This document shows, piece after piece, positions 45,229-56,813 of a DNA stretch of 64,000 nucleotides (positions within the stretch are counted from its first letter, which is position 1; every line of letters begins with the position of its first letter). The notes under the pieces were generated by a model, which saw only the letters and a list, made by a program, of their open reading frames with translations, did no database searches and was not told the origin of the DNA. Both the position numbers and the translations under genes were made by a program. This DNA comes from Marsupella aquatica (Eukaryota; Plantae; Marchantiophyta). The DNA is taken from positions 28,401,145 through 28,465,144 of the forward strand of contig OZ316891.1 of NCBI GenBank assembly GCA_973895155.1, read 5' to 3'.

Positions 45229-48200
45229 AAGTGAAAAAGGCACATAGAAGACATACATCATTATGTATATGTATTGTGAATCGCAGTGAAGACATTCATC
45301 ATTATGTATATGTACTGTGAATCGCAGTGAAGACATTCATCATTATGTATATATATAGTGTATTGAATGTCTTACAACAGGCAATTGAGAAATGAAAGGA
45401 AAGGTATGTAATGCTCACTGAATTATGTCGTTTGCATAAATGCAACCAGTGAATATATTAGCCGCTGTTCTGCCATGCCTGGTCTTGACATTTGCCCTCA
45501 AGTGATTGGCACAAGCTGCATGGATCTTACCTGGCCATACTTCTCTAACTGCAGCAACCAGACCCTTCTGGCGATCTGATATGATTGGCATGATTGTGGA
45601 TTCAATGCCATAGAGGGCTCTGTCAACTAGTTGAAGAAACCAAATCCAATTCTCAGTGTTCTCCACTGGAGCAACTGCATAACAAAGTATGAAATTCTGT
45701 GCATTGCCATCTAAGCATGTTGCCAAGAAGAGTTGAGTGGGGTACTTTTTGTTCTTGGTGTGACAGGCATCAAGCAAAATCAATGGCTGAACAAATTGGA
45801 GAGCTTTCCTTGTAGCCGATGGGCAAATAAAAGCTCTGCAGAAAATGTTAGAGTCTTCCATAGGAGACCACTTTGCAATGCAAGCAGGGTCAGCCTCCCT
45901 CAACCTAGCAATGAGTGTCGGTATCATTCTGAACGTGTCCTCCTGTCCACCAAGGTGAATATGTTTAATATAGTCCTTAGCCCGCCACATCTGGTGGTAA
46001 GTGGTACTCTTTTGTAGTCCCCCTGGAAGCCATTTAGTAATTCTTTCACTGACACTTTCAAATTTCGTGTTACTCTTGGAGCCAAGGTATCGCCCAACCA
46101 AATCGACTTCTGTGTTGGGCCTCTCCATTTGTGTTTTGACGCTGCACAAGTGTGTTTGAGATCACACACTGTGATCACATGGGCCCCTGTTTCTGCTTGC
46201 CAATGACAACGAACTCGAAATGGGCAAGACAAAGAAGTATCAACACCTTCTTCATCATAAGATTCAGGCGGCCTGAATCTGGACATCTCCCCACATGCTC
46301 CAGTTGCTGATTTGTTGCCTGATTTCCTGCCAGGCAACCAAACACTAGTATGCTTGATGATTGTTGTAGGTCTGCTTGTGAGGACTCCCAAGGCTGGTGG
46401 GAGTGTGGCGGTGACTCTGGGTTGCTTGCTCAGCAAATTGTTTGGATGAAGGTCTCCAAGAGGAGCACGAACTTGCTTTTGGGATCCTGTCATCTGTAGT
46501 ATAGCCTTCTCAAATTCAATGTCTTCCACCTACACAATGCCCAAAGACACCCATTGTCAAAAAAACTGAAAAGGCAACAAGGGATAGTTGCCGGAATTGG
46601 TGAAAGCACGTGAGCACTTACCTGTTCTACTGTGAGTATAGATTGTGCATGTGGATTTAGACTCTGAGCAGGACCCTTAGTTTTAGACTTCCCTAAACCT
46701 TTGTCACGGAAGCCAGTGTACTCCCCGTATCGACTGTCATAGTGCCAGAAGAGCTCATCTCCAGATTCCTCTTCCTCTTCATCTTGGCGATCATGTTGGC
46801 CTTCACCTTGATCATCATCATCATCAGCAGCATCTTCAACTACCATTGAACCACCATTGCAGTCTCCTGGAGTAGGTGGAATCCTGGAAGATTTTCTTAC
46901 AGGATTGCTAAATCGACACACTCTAGTTCGAAAGCTTCCTTTACTTTTATATCTGGAAACCACACGGCCATTCATGACAGCCCATGAATCTAAGCAACGG
47001 TCAAACTGTTCAAAATCACTAAATCGCTCGCCCAAGCGAATTCTGGCTGCCTCTGCTTCCACTGCAAGCGATGTTGTACATACAGTGTGAAGACAACATT
47101 ATTAACGTCTACACATACTTCTACAGTCCAGAGACACTACACCTTATGACTTATTTGGGGACATATCTATAAATCCATTATTGTGTAGGGACAGAAGATG
47201 AAATGAAATCAGGCGAATGCTTCCAAAGTCCAGAAACAATAGAGGTACAATAAGTTCAATACACTCACTCAAGGATAGTTCATTCAAGGAAAACGATAAT
47301 CTGGACACAAAATAATTTGAAGACATAATGATTTGTGTCTAAAAATGCTTCTCCAATCCAGGTTGCTAATTTCATAACAAGTGCGCCGTGCGATGGCATT
47401 CAGACATAGTAAACAACAAGTGCACCCCCACGTTTCAGCAAACCAAATTCTCACCTTGGAAAACCATAATCTGGACACAAAATTATGTGAAGACATAATG
47501 ATTTATGTCTAAAAATGCTTCTCCAATCCAGGAAGCCAATTCTTTCGTGATACAGGCAATATAGGTACTAGGCAGCAACAAAAGACCAAATCAATTGAAT
47601 CCACAGTCCAAAGAAACAGTCCAGAGAAGCATTCCATGAGTTTAAATAAATATTGATCCATATTGACAATTGAATGACAAGGAAGACAGATCTTCATGGA
47701 AGATAACAAAAGCTTGTAGATTGGAGCCAAAATGCATTGGAGTCATTTATCACCTGGTGTTTCCTCCATCGCACCAGGTTCTATTAATTTCATAACAAGT
47801 GCGCCGTGGGATGGCATCCAGGCATAGTAAACAACAAGTACACCCCCACATTTCAGCAAACCAAATTCTCACGTTGCTCAGGACTCTTCCCTTCCAGAAT
47901 TGCTGCCAGGTTTGAGGCGGGTCTCTTTCTCCTTCCAAAACATGGACTCTCTTGAGGTGGCGGTCTGTCAGCTTTCGGGATGTCCACATCGCATACGTCC
48001 CCTCTACGCCAGAGATGCACTTGCACTGCTTCATTATCCTCTTCATCTGCACATGACATGTTCATTGTCATAGGAGACTGTGATCATTGGACTTCAATAT
48101 TCACTGTGCACATTTGGAGGTACTCTGTAGGTACTCCGCACTGACGCTGTCAGCCGCACATGAAAACATTGTGAAAAACCCATGTGCAGCGTGTGAAAAC

Positions 48201-50673
48201 CAAACCTAATGACGACCCTGCGATACGGTAAAAATTTCAATCTGAATACATAATCCATATTGTATTCAAGTCACGGCTTGGGCAGCGGCGGCGGCTTTTC
48301 GTGGTTCTCCCACTTCATGTCCCCGGTTTCATGTGTTTCTCCCACATATTTCTTTGTTTCTCCCACTTCGTGTCTGCGGTTTCACGTGTTTCTCCTGCAC
48401 GGTGTTGACTCAGCAAAAACCCATACAAGCAAACGTCATGACTACCCAGCCATTGGTAAAATTGCGAATCCGAAGACATAATGAATATTGTCTTCACATC
48501 GCAGTTTTGGCAGCGGCGGCTTTTCGCGGTTTGTCCCGGATAATTTCCGTGGTTTGTCGATCGACCATGCAGGGTCGACCGCACGGTCCGACCATGCAGT
48601 TTGCCTAGAGTCATGGTTGACCATAGTCTTTTTTAAAAATGTGGTTGGTCACTGCAAGGCGGAAAATCCCATTATAGTGCCCATGATAAGAACTTCTGAC
48701 AAAAAATTCTGACAGGGGGCCTATTGGGTAAAAAAAGTTCCATAGGGGCCATCAGGTAAGAAAGGTTCCGTAGGGGGCCCATCAAGCATATAACTCAAAA
48801 AAATACATTTATTGGATAGAGGCTAGGGCCAGGGTCGTGTCAGGAGTTATCTTCCTCTTCATTCGCCCTCTTCTAGCCATTCAGTAGTTGTTGTTGCTTA
48901 AAAGTTCTCATTAAATGCCAGGAGCCCTTATGAGCTCACATAGGCTTGGAATAGAGAACTTTAAACTCCAAAGGGAAAGAAGCTACGCTCCTCCCTTTCT
49001 CTTAAAAGTAAGTTGTACTCTGCTGGTACAACTGTACCTCTCTAGAGTACCTCTATCCCTTTTGTACCTTGTACCTGGGCTCCCAAGAGTAATGAGCTCA
49101 TATTCTGTACCTGAAAGTACAATAGTACCTGTCTTGTGCATCTTTGTGTACTCGGTTTGTGCACACCATGTGCACACCCTGCCCTGTACTAGGTTTTTTC
49201 ACGTTCTTTTTTTTTCCCCTTATTGGTTCCATATTTACAGGTTTCAATTATTATCACCCAAAAGGACACCCCAAATTTGAATGACGACCACGTCATTTTT
49301 TGGCGCAACTGTGTATTATAGTTTAGTATTTTTACTTGGACTGAGGACCCGAGGCATCATATATATGACTGATGTCATACAAGTTTCTATAGGGTGCAAG
49401 ATTATAGGGGCTAATAAATAACTCAAATTTTTTCATGTCATGTATTGTCCTCCATATAGTGTGACCTCAATCCCTTCAGTTGTTATTTCTGATTTTTTAT
49501 AAAAATTTATCTTGTTACTGGTAATGATGATATGATGACAGGTATGCATTTTGTAACTAAAAAAACTTAGGATTATTTTATTTGACAACTTAGTAAGATG
49601 ATTAAAATGACCCCATTCTTTCTTGCATGTGATCGATGCATGCTCCATGTACTTCCATTTAAATGATCCCCCTCAAGCTAGTTTTTCAACCTAGATATAT
49701 ATATAAATGATAAAGTTGTTTAGCTCAAAATGAATTAAATCTTTATATAGCACATAAAGCATGACAGGTTCTTAAGTCAATCACATCCATGTAAGTTTTG
49801 TCCTTTCTTCTTACTTAAATCCACGGAAAGGTTCTTTCTTAAATCCCGTATGATGAATGAAATATATCTAATAGAAAATCTAAATGGGAAGAGAAAATTG
49901 GTCATTATTTCATGCATATTAAGAGAAGTGACCCCTAAGTTCATTGGTGTCCCTGCCGCGCCCCTCCCTCCCCCCTAGGTAATATTGGTGGTAAGTGAGA
50001 ACTAATCAGAGGTTATTTTATTCATTCCACTCAGGGTAAATTTTAAAATAATTGGTTATTTTACAACCCGTATTTCTATGGTAACCATATATGACATGCA
50101 TGTAAGAAATGTAATGTATTGAGAATTTGCTGTGTATTAGATTTTCTGTGTCATTGTTTAAGTGGACCAGGTGTCAACATGAAATTGCTAATGTGACATT
50201 ACACTTACCAAATTCATTCATTATGGCCAGGTTTAGGGTAGGATTTATTCAAAATTTTATTGGGAGGAGTGGGGTTTAAAGCTTCGGATTTTTGTTAAAG
50301 TGGAATAGACGAACAAGACAAAACTAGCTACAGCAGGAGGCTGGAGTGAGTAGATTGCACTGACTATTGACAACTAGGGTGATTGAGCAGCATTTACGAG
50401 TACGTGGAGTGCAGAATCTAGGTAGTATTGACTATTGACAAGTAGGGCGATTGAGCAGCATTTAAGAGTATGTGGAGGCCCTACTCCTGGCATACTTGTG
50501 CAAACACATTTTGGCGTTGCTGCTTCTCTTGCTCCTCCAAATTAGCTCTTCTGAAGATTTGAGTGCCAGGCCTACGAACGACTTTGCTCAGAACGGACAC
50601 ACACTCTGACAACTACCTTCTCTCCCGTAGGACAAGCTACTCTCTTCCACGAAGTACGAAGTACGTGGGAAAC

Positions 50674-51264
50674 ATGGACAGTTCGAACGACATTCCATCG
50701 GCTTCCCAGCTGCTGTCAGACAATTCATTGGGGCGCAATGGAACTAGGGTCGATAGTTCTAGTGAAGCGTGCACTGTGGAGACAGGCGTCTTTGCCACTT
50801 GCCGAATTTGTCACGATGAGGACGAGCTCAGAAACCTCGACAGTCCATGCTCTTGCTCTGGTTCGATCAAGTACGTCCATAAAAAATGTCTCCAGGATTG
50901 GTGCCACGCAAAAATAAATACTTTGTGTGAGATCTGCCAACAGCCTTACAGAAATGGCTACAAAGCTGGTCCTGCATCTCAAGTGGTGGCCAACGATATG
51001 GGTCAAATTGAGGTGGAGTACATTGACATGGGCCAAATTGAAGTGGAGGACATAGATATGTTGGAAGAAGCGGAGTCTTTTTGGAACGAAGTGGTCTTCA
51101 ATTTTTTGAATGAAGTGGAGTCCACCCCCTTCCTCACTATGGCTGAACTGGATGTCATTGCGGCTCGTGTTGCTGGGGAGGCCAATGTGCAAACTGAACA
51201 CCTTAATTCGGTGTTGGAAAGTGCCGGTTGGAGCTACTCCCTATATTCTAGGTTAGACGGATAG
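50674..51264 (+). CDS. Intronless RING-CH protein, copy 3 (inverted duplicate of copy 1)
   Basis: CRICHDEDELRNLDSPCSCSGSIKYVHKKCLQDWCHAKINTLCEICQQPY; ATG at 50674; internal duplication DMGQIEVE x2. Flanks ~50300-51620 match ~14260-15660 in inverted orientation. Confidence 0.85.
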   Translation: MDSSNDIPSASQLLSDNSLGRNGTRVDSSSEACTVETGVFATCRICHDEDELRNLDSPCSCSGSIKYVHKKCLQDWCHAKINTLCEICQQPYRNGYKAGPASQVVANDMGQIEVEYIDMGQIEVEDIDMLEEAESFWNEVVFNFLNEVESTPFLTMAELDVIAARVAGEANVQTEHLNSVLESAGWSYSLYSRLDG

Positions 51265-51422
51265 GACTGAATTAGCTGCCCTTCAAACATGGAATTGTGA
51301 AGGCATTGGCTCCCGGCTGTGAGTCGATCACCTGGGCTATAGGAATCTAGTATAAGAATCTGGTTTGTGCAATTTAGTTGATATCTCAATTATATTGTGC
51401 CAATTCTAACATGGTATCAGAG
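51212..51422 (+). mobile_element. Short LTR relic (TGTTGG 51212...CTAACA 51411) plus tRNA-iMet PBS TGGTATCAGAG (51412-51422)
   Basis: Canonical LTR-end/PBS junction AACA|TGGTATCAGAG. The relic overlaps the last ~17 codons of RING copy 3. Confidence 0.65.
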
Positions 51423-52329
51423 TGGTTCTGATTGGGATCTCGTGCCCCCTAGTAAGCATGGATGTACGGCACTACGGAATAGAAGGGTGTGATTTACATG
51501 ATTCGTTAATTTTTATTGACTGGCCAGAGTTATTGATTTGTTGATATTCATTGACTGTATGAGGAAACTTCTGCGCGCAAATATATATACCTATTTCTAT
51601 CTGAATGGGACATGCATGCAAGGAATATCTATGTTGCAGCGTCTCCAATCACTTTCTAAAACTTCTGATAAAATCAGCTGATCTATCCCCTTCCCATGTG
51701 GGACATACTCCCATTTTGTTGAGGTTTCTCCTATCATTTTGACAAATAAGTAGGAGAACGCGCAAAGTGGTAGAATTGCACACATTCCCACTTCTGAATA
51801 TAGGAGCTTCTTCGAGTTCTGATTTAAAGTGGGACCCCACGTTGGAACTAAATTTCCCAGTATGTTATGCAGTAATTCCTGAGTATATCTTTGGGTACTT
51901 TTAATACTTTTAAGTGGAACAAGGCACGTGTATTGTTTATGTAGAATGTTAGGTAATGATTCATGCATCATTACCCATTTAGAATTCATTGACACAATTT
52001 TTATAGCCCAAATTAATGCTCTGGTTGAAGATTTATGAGCAGTTTTAGTGTTTCTAGGTAAGTATACAAATTCCTGTCTGAACACAAGAGAATTGGCAAA
52101 CACCCACTTATTACCAAAGGAAAATACAAATACTCTACTATAATTGTCTTTTTTGTAAGTAGGACTTAAGAACACCAATAACAAACTAGGTAAAAGTCAC
52201 ACATAAGGTAGGATAAATTTGATTTCCGACAGGGGCATGTAAACTCAAACTTTTTGAATAGTCACAATAAATAAGATAATACGCCCTATCTGTGATGGAC
52301 AGGATCAAAACTTTAACAAGAGGTAGTCA

Positions 52330-52990
52330 AAAGTAGTCAAGGGGAGTAGTGAAACGCGTCCGCAAAATCACCCTTTTTCTACAGGTTAACTGCTTCATCT
52401 GATGCCATTTAACTTGAATGCAGGACCTGCAGGCTGTTAAACTTTTTGAATTTTGCATTTTTTGCAACTGAGTTTTTGCATGAGGGGTTCGACTGGAAGA
52501 CCATGGAGCTTAAATTTGATATGAAGAGGGCCCAAAATCTCCACAATTAAAATCGGAAGAGCTTGCAAAAATATTGTCCATGAAGGGGGAGTCAGAAAAG
52601 AAATCAAGCTCCAGGGATAGTACTTACAAACCAAGCCAGGGGAAAACCCTATTAAGCACACCAAATACAAATTAAAGACAAATTAAGGTGCAGAAAACTT
52701 AATTTGTGCGATGAAGCAACATGCAGTACTTCCCACACGTAGAATCTTAGCTGAGCGAACACGAATTTTATCCTATTTAGTCCGGGATCGATGTTGGCTT
52801 CAAAGGCCTACAATTACATTAATGGCGCGCCCTGATGGCCTCCTCCACTCATTGCTTCCCACATTGGCTTCCAAAGCTGGCACACATTCATTTGGCCATC
52901 GATCAGTGCCTCGATCTACCTATGGTGCTCATTCATTTCAGCATAGAACGCTCGCCAATCCGCCTCCAGTTGGGCAGTATTGGTTTGTAT
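52330..52990 (+). repeat. Diverged direct duplication of ~54785-55535 (downstream flank of the RING pseudogenes)
   Basis: Shared blocks AAAAGTAGTCAAG.GGAGT.GTGAAA, TGCTTCATCTGAT, GCAGGACCTG, ACATTGGCTTCCAAAGC and CCGCCTCCA..TGGGCA.TATTGGT. Confidence 0.7.
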
Positions 52991-55559
52991 GAGGGCGCCT
53001 CATAAACTAGAAAAATTGGCATCTCAAGTAGGTCTACTAGGCACTCGGGAGCACCGCAACAGGGTACAAACGTACAATTCCTTTTTGGGGTACTAAAAAA
53101 TGAGCAACCTCACTACACATTGAATGTTATATTGTATTTATTGTGAATTGGGGGGGGGTAGGGTATTCCGTAGTACAGTACATCCTTGCTCACTAAGGGG
53201 CAAGAACTTACTTTACATGCATGGCAGCTCTAGCTATTATATGAATGTATGGTATACGTGCATATATATATATATATCTTCATGGTTGATCCTCAACCTG
53301 AAAGGCTTAAACGTCAATGATCTTTCTGAAAGGTTAATTTGATATTATTGCTGAAAGGGTTTTACGTATACTGCTACCGGGCTATGGTTTTCGAAGCAGC
53401 TCTCGGTCCGTTTTCTGGCAGTGTTTCAGAGTTTCTATTGACTCTGATTAACCCATGATGATATTACGGGTTAGATAATAATCGTTTTATGTAACTCAAC
53501 TCATGTATATATGCAAGTGTTATAGCTGTGAAGTGGTAATCTCACCTATATAACATATTTGATGACTGCTCGCTGGAGTGATCAGATTTTCCATTAGTCA
53601 CATCTGGATAAACAGGGAAGAATTCATAAAACCATGCATATATAGCCTTGCATATCTAGCCCTCAGTACGTACGTACGTATATGTCTGGGCCAGCTTAGA
53701 TGATCACGTACGTTTTTGAGTGACGAGTCATCTATAAAAGCTAGCGAGCTAGTAGTCAGAAGTGGTGGCTCTCCTTGACATTAAGATAGATGAAGAAGTC
53801 GAGAGTTCCACTTAATAGACGGACCTGTACGTTCCACTTAGTCAATACATAAATTTAATTGTCTCTTAGCCAGACCTTCTTCATCGATTGAGATCCGCTA
53901 TATAGTTGATTGCCGTGATGATTCTGCGGCTCTCTCCTGAGTTTGCATCAAACTGAGATATGTAGCAGAAATCCGTGAGCTGCAGCATAATCCAATGAGC
54001 AAAACTTATCGTGCGTTTCATTATATTTCATGCATCCATAAACCCTAAAATCTCCCCTCCAGCAAAATACCGGCCGTCCTGTTCTTTACATGAATGGCCG
54101 TTTCAGTCCCCGTTTCAGTGCTTCGATATATCTGCAGTGCCAAGGGCTCATCATGGAGAACACTACATCATGTCTCTGCAGTTTCCCAGTGATTGAGGCA
54201 TCCGAATATATTTTGTGTTCCCCAAAGTTGGATCTACGTATAGCTTCATATTATATACATTCGAGACGTCTTTCATTAAAATCCACAAAACATATGATAG
54301 GCCGGTCTGAGATAGTACAGAAATTACCATGGATGACCTTTGTGCAACTAGCTAAGCTTACTGACAGTGCTTGAACTGGCTCACCTACAATTTCCGATCC
54401 AAAAGAAACCACTCGATATGGATGGCTTATATATACAAGCACTACAACTTACATTGTTTTACAACGTACGGGTTAATTTACTAAATTCTATTTAATGAGT
54501 TTGGAGCTAGCTCAGCTAGCCCAATTCAATCCCAGTCAAATGAATGGATCTTCATATATTCCATTCAGCATGATCTTTTCCTTGGTCTTGCATGGTCATT
54601 TTTACTAATCACATTGCGCAGTTAAATTAATTGAATCAGCGGCGCAGCTAGTTAATAATTGCTGCATCTAGTGATATGTGCACTCAATTGCTTGACATAC
54701 TATATCTGGTCACAATCAACAAGATAGTACCTCTTATATATGTGACTTCCAGGCTAGATAGTTATTTATAGGTGGATTCAAATTAAAAGTAGTCAAGTGG
54801 AGTCGTGAAATGCACTCACAATTAAAAGCACCCTTTGTCTACAAGTGCTTCATCTGATCCGCGCCGTGTGCTGCAGGACCTGGAGACTGGTGTACTTTTG
54901 GATGCTCCCATTTTTGTCAATTCAGGGATTTCAACAGGAGGAACGTGGAACATGGATTGGAATTAAATAGACCCCAAAATCCCAACAATCAATATTGGAC
55001 GAGCTTGCGAAGTGTTCGAGAAGGGGAAGTCAGAAAAAACGAATCACTCTCAAGAGAAAGTACAATTTAACCAAGGGGAAGCAAAGTACAAATTAACCAA
55101 GGGGGAGCCCCTATTTAGCACATCGAATGAAATATAAAGGTGCACAGAACTCACGTTGTATTATGGAGCATCAAGCTAGACTCCCGATCTTTCAATAAAG
55201 TTAACTAAACTAAACTTATATCTGAAAATGTCTGGGCACTTTGGGTACTAATGCCTACCATAGATACTTGCCCAAATGTCTCCTGCACACATTGGCTTCC
55301 AAAGCCACATTTTCCTTTGGGCATAAAGTAGTATATATGAAGTGTCCCTAACTGAGCTCAACTTCAGCACTGAATGCGGTTTAATTGCCTCCTCCACGCC
55401 TTCCTCCGATATTGGATATCAAAGCCACATATTCATCGACCATCAGTGATGAATAGGATAAACTCAACTGAGATCAGATATAGTAACGAGCACTTCCCAA
55501 ACCGCCTCCATGCATCTGGGCAATATTGGTCTGGTCATTATTAATTTAAGTGGGCAACA

Positions 55560-55972
55560 CTAGCCGCATGGGCAACGTCCAGTCGAGGCTGCGGTTCGGC
55601 AAAATAATTGTCAATTTGGGCGTCGACAAGGGTGGCCTTCAGTTGAGGACGCGATGGAGGACAATCTTTGTATATATTAATCTTCGTAAGGCTCTTTGCA
55701 GATCTCTCAGATAGTATTTATTTTCGCGTTATATTGCACCAGTCCTGGAGACATTTTCGATGGACATACTTGATCGTTCCAAAGCAGGAGCATAAACTGT
55801 CGAGGTTTTTGAGCTCGTCCTCGTCGCGAAAAATTCGGCAAGCGGCAAAGACATCTGCCTCCACAGTCCACCTAGCTTACACGTGAACTTTCAGCCCTAG
55901 TTCCATTGCGGCCCAATGAATAGTCTGACAAGAGCCGATCGAGGCGGATGAAATATCATTCTAGCTATCCAT
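55560..55972 (-). pseudogene. RING-CH pseudogene, copy 4 (C-terminus related to copy 2)
   Basis: ATG GAT AGC TAG early stop. Degenerate RING codons; tail GCCCAAATTGACAATTATTTTGCCGAA..CTGGACGTTGCCCATGCGGCTAG resembles 16500-16592. Confidence 0.8.
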
Positions 55973-56444
55973 GTTCCCCACTGCGAGATGGAGTAGGACA
56001 CCTCAAATATCATTCGAACTATACATGTTCGTCACTGCGTCTATAAGGGAGTAGATTTTCCTACAGGGGAAAAGGTAGTTGTCAAAGAAAAGGTAGTTGT
56101 CAAAGAAAAGGTAGTTGTCAAAGTGTCTCCGTTCTGAGCAAAGTGGTTCTTAGGAGAGGCTCTCAAATCTTCCAGAAAAGTTTGGAGGAGAGAGGTAGGG
56201 CCAGAGAACAAGCAACGGCAAAATGTGTTAATTTGCACTAGCATTAAAGGAGTAGGTCCTCCACGTACTCTTAAATTAAATGCTGCTCAACCACACCAGG
56301 CAGTTGTCCCTGGGTATTGTCCCCTTGTGGTTGCCTTACATAGAAATGCATGCTCCAAAGCAGGACGTCTATCCTCTCTTAGATGGGCTTGCTTTCGGTT
56401 TTCAAGGCGAAGCTACAGTGTCTAGCGTTGCCCGGCCAGTTCGA

Positions 56445-56813
56445 TCATAGTATACCAATGAACATGGTATTGAAGAAATTCTCATAAAGTTCAGCTGGAC
56501 GCCGACGAGGTGGAGGACCACCCTTGTAGCCATCTCTGTAAGGCTGTTGGCAGATCTCGCACATAGTATTTCGTTTCGCGTCGCACCAATGCTGAAGACA
56601 TTTTCGATGGACGTACTTGATTGTACCAGAGCAAGAGCATGGACTATCTAGGTTTCTGAGCTCGTCCTCATCGTGACAAATTCGGCAAGTGGCAAAGATA
56701 TATGTCCCCGCAGTGCACCCTCCACTAGAACTATGGACCGTAGTTCCATTGCGCCCGAATGAATTGTCTGACAGTAGGCGAGAAGCGGATGAAATGTTGT
56801 TCAGACCGTCCAT
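56445..56813 (-). CDS. Short intronless RING-CH protein, copy 5 (122 aa from the first ATG)
   Basis: CRICHDEDELRNLDSPCSCSGTIKYVHRKCLQHWCDAKRNTMCEICQQPY with a distinct short C-terminus. Confidence 0.8.
   Translation of the reverse strand: MDGLNNISSASRLLSDNSFGRNGTTVHSSSGGCTAGTYIFATCRICHDEDELRNLDSPCSCSGTIKYVHRKCLQHWCDAKRNTMCEICQQPYRDGYKGGPPPRRRPAELYENFFNTMFIGIL

Larger units (their letters stand above)
39143..47062 (-). pseudogene. MuDRA-like transposase of the large MULE, multi-exon and disrupted
   Basis: Homologous to 7653-10626 (FDRCLDSW, CPFRVRC, LLDACHTKN, ISDRQKGL, TSNPCEQANS, CSCFELQEMVWPCEH, CSNCGEAGHNRRTC). Frameshift near 46010 (DYK/KSTTYHQ) and in-frame TAG at 40359. The intron ~45417-40591 is at the same position as the small MULE's intron but holds a ~4.4-kb insertion. 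Further 5' exons are likely above 47062. Confidence 0.88.
21828..48796 (-). mobile_element. Giant (26,969 bp) Mutator-like element containing two nested insertions
   Basis: ~55-bp imperfect TIRs: GAGGTATATGCTTGATGGGCCCTCTACGGAACCTTTTCTTACCTGATGG at the left, reverse complement GAGTTATATGCTTGATGGGCCCCCTACGGAACCTTTCTTACCTGATGG at the right. 10-bp TSD AAAAAAATAC at 21818-21827 and 48797-48806. MULE transposase on the minus strand near the right end. Confidence 0.92.

Noticed and set aside
51597-52184. 195-aa minus-strand ORF
   Set aside because: AT-rich, non-ATG start, no motifs, and partly overlapping a duplicated non-coding flank.
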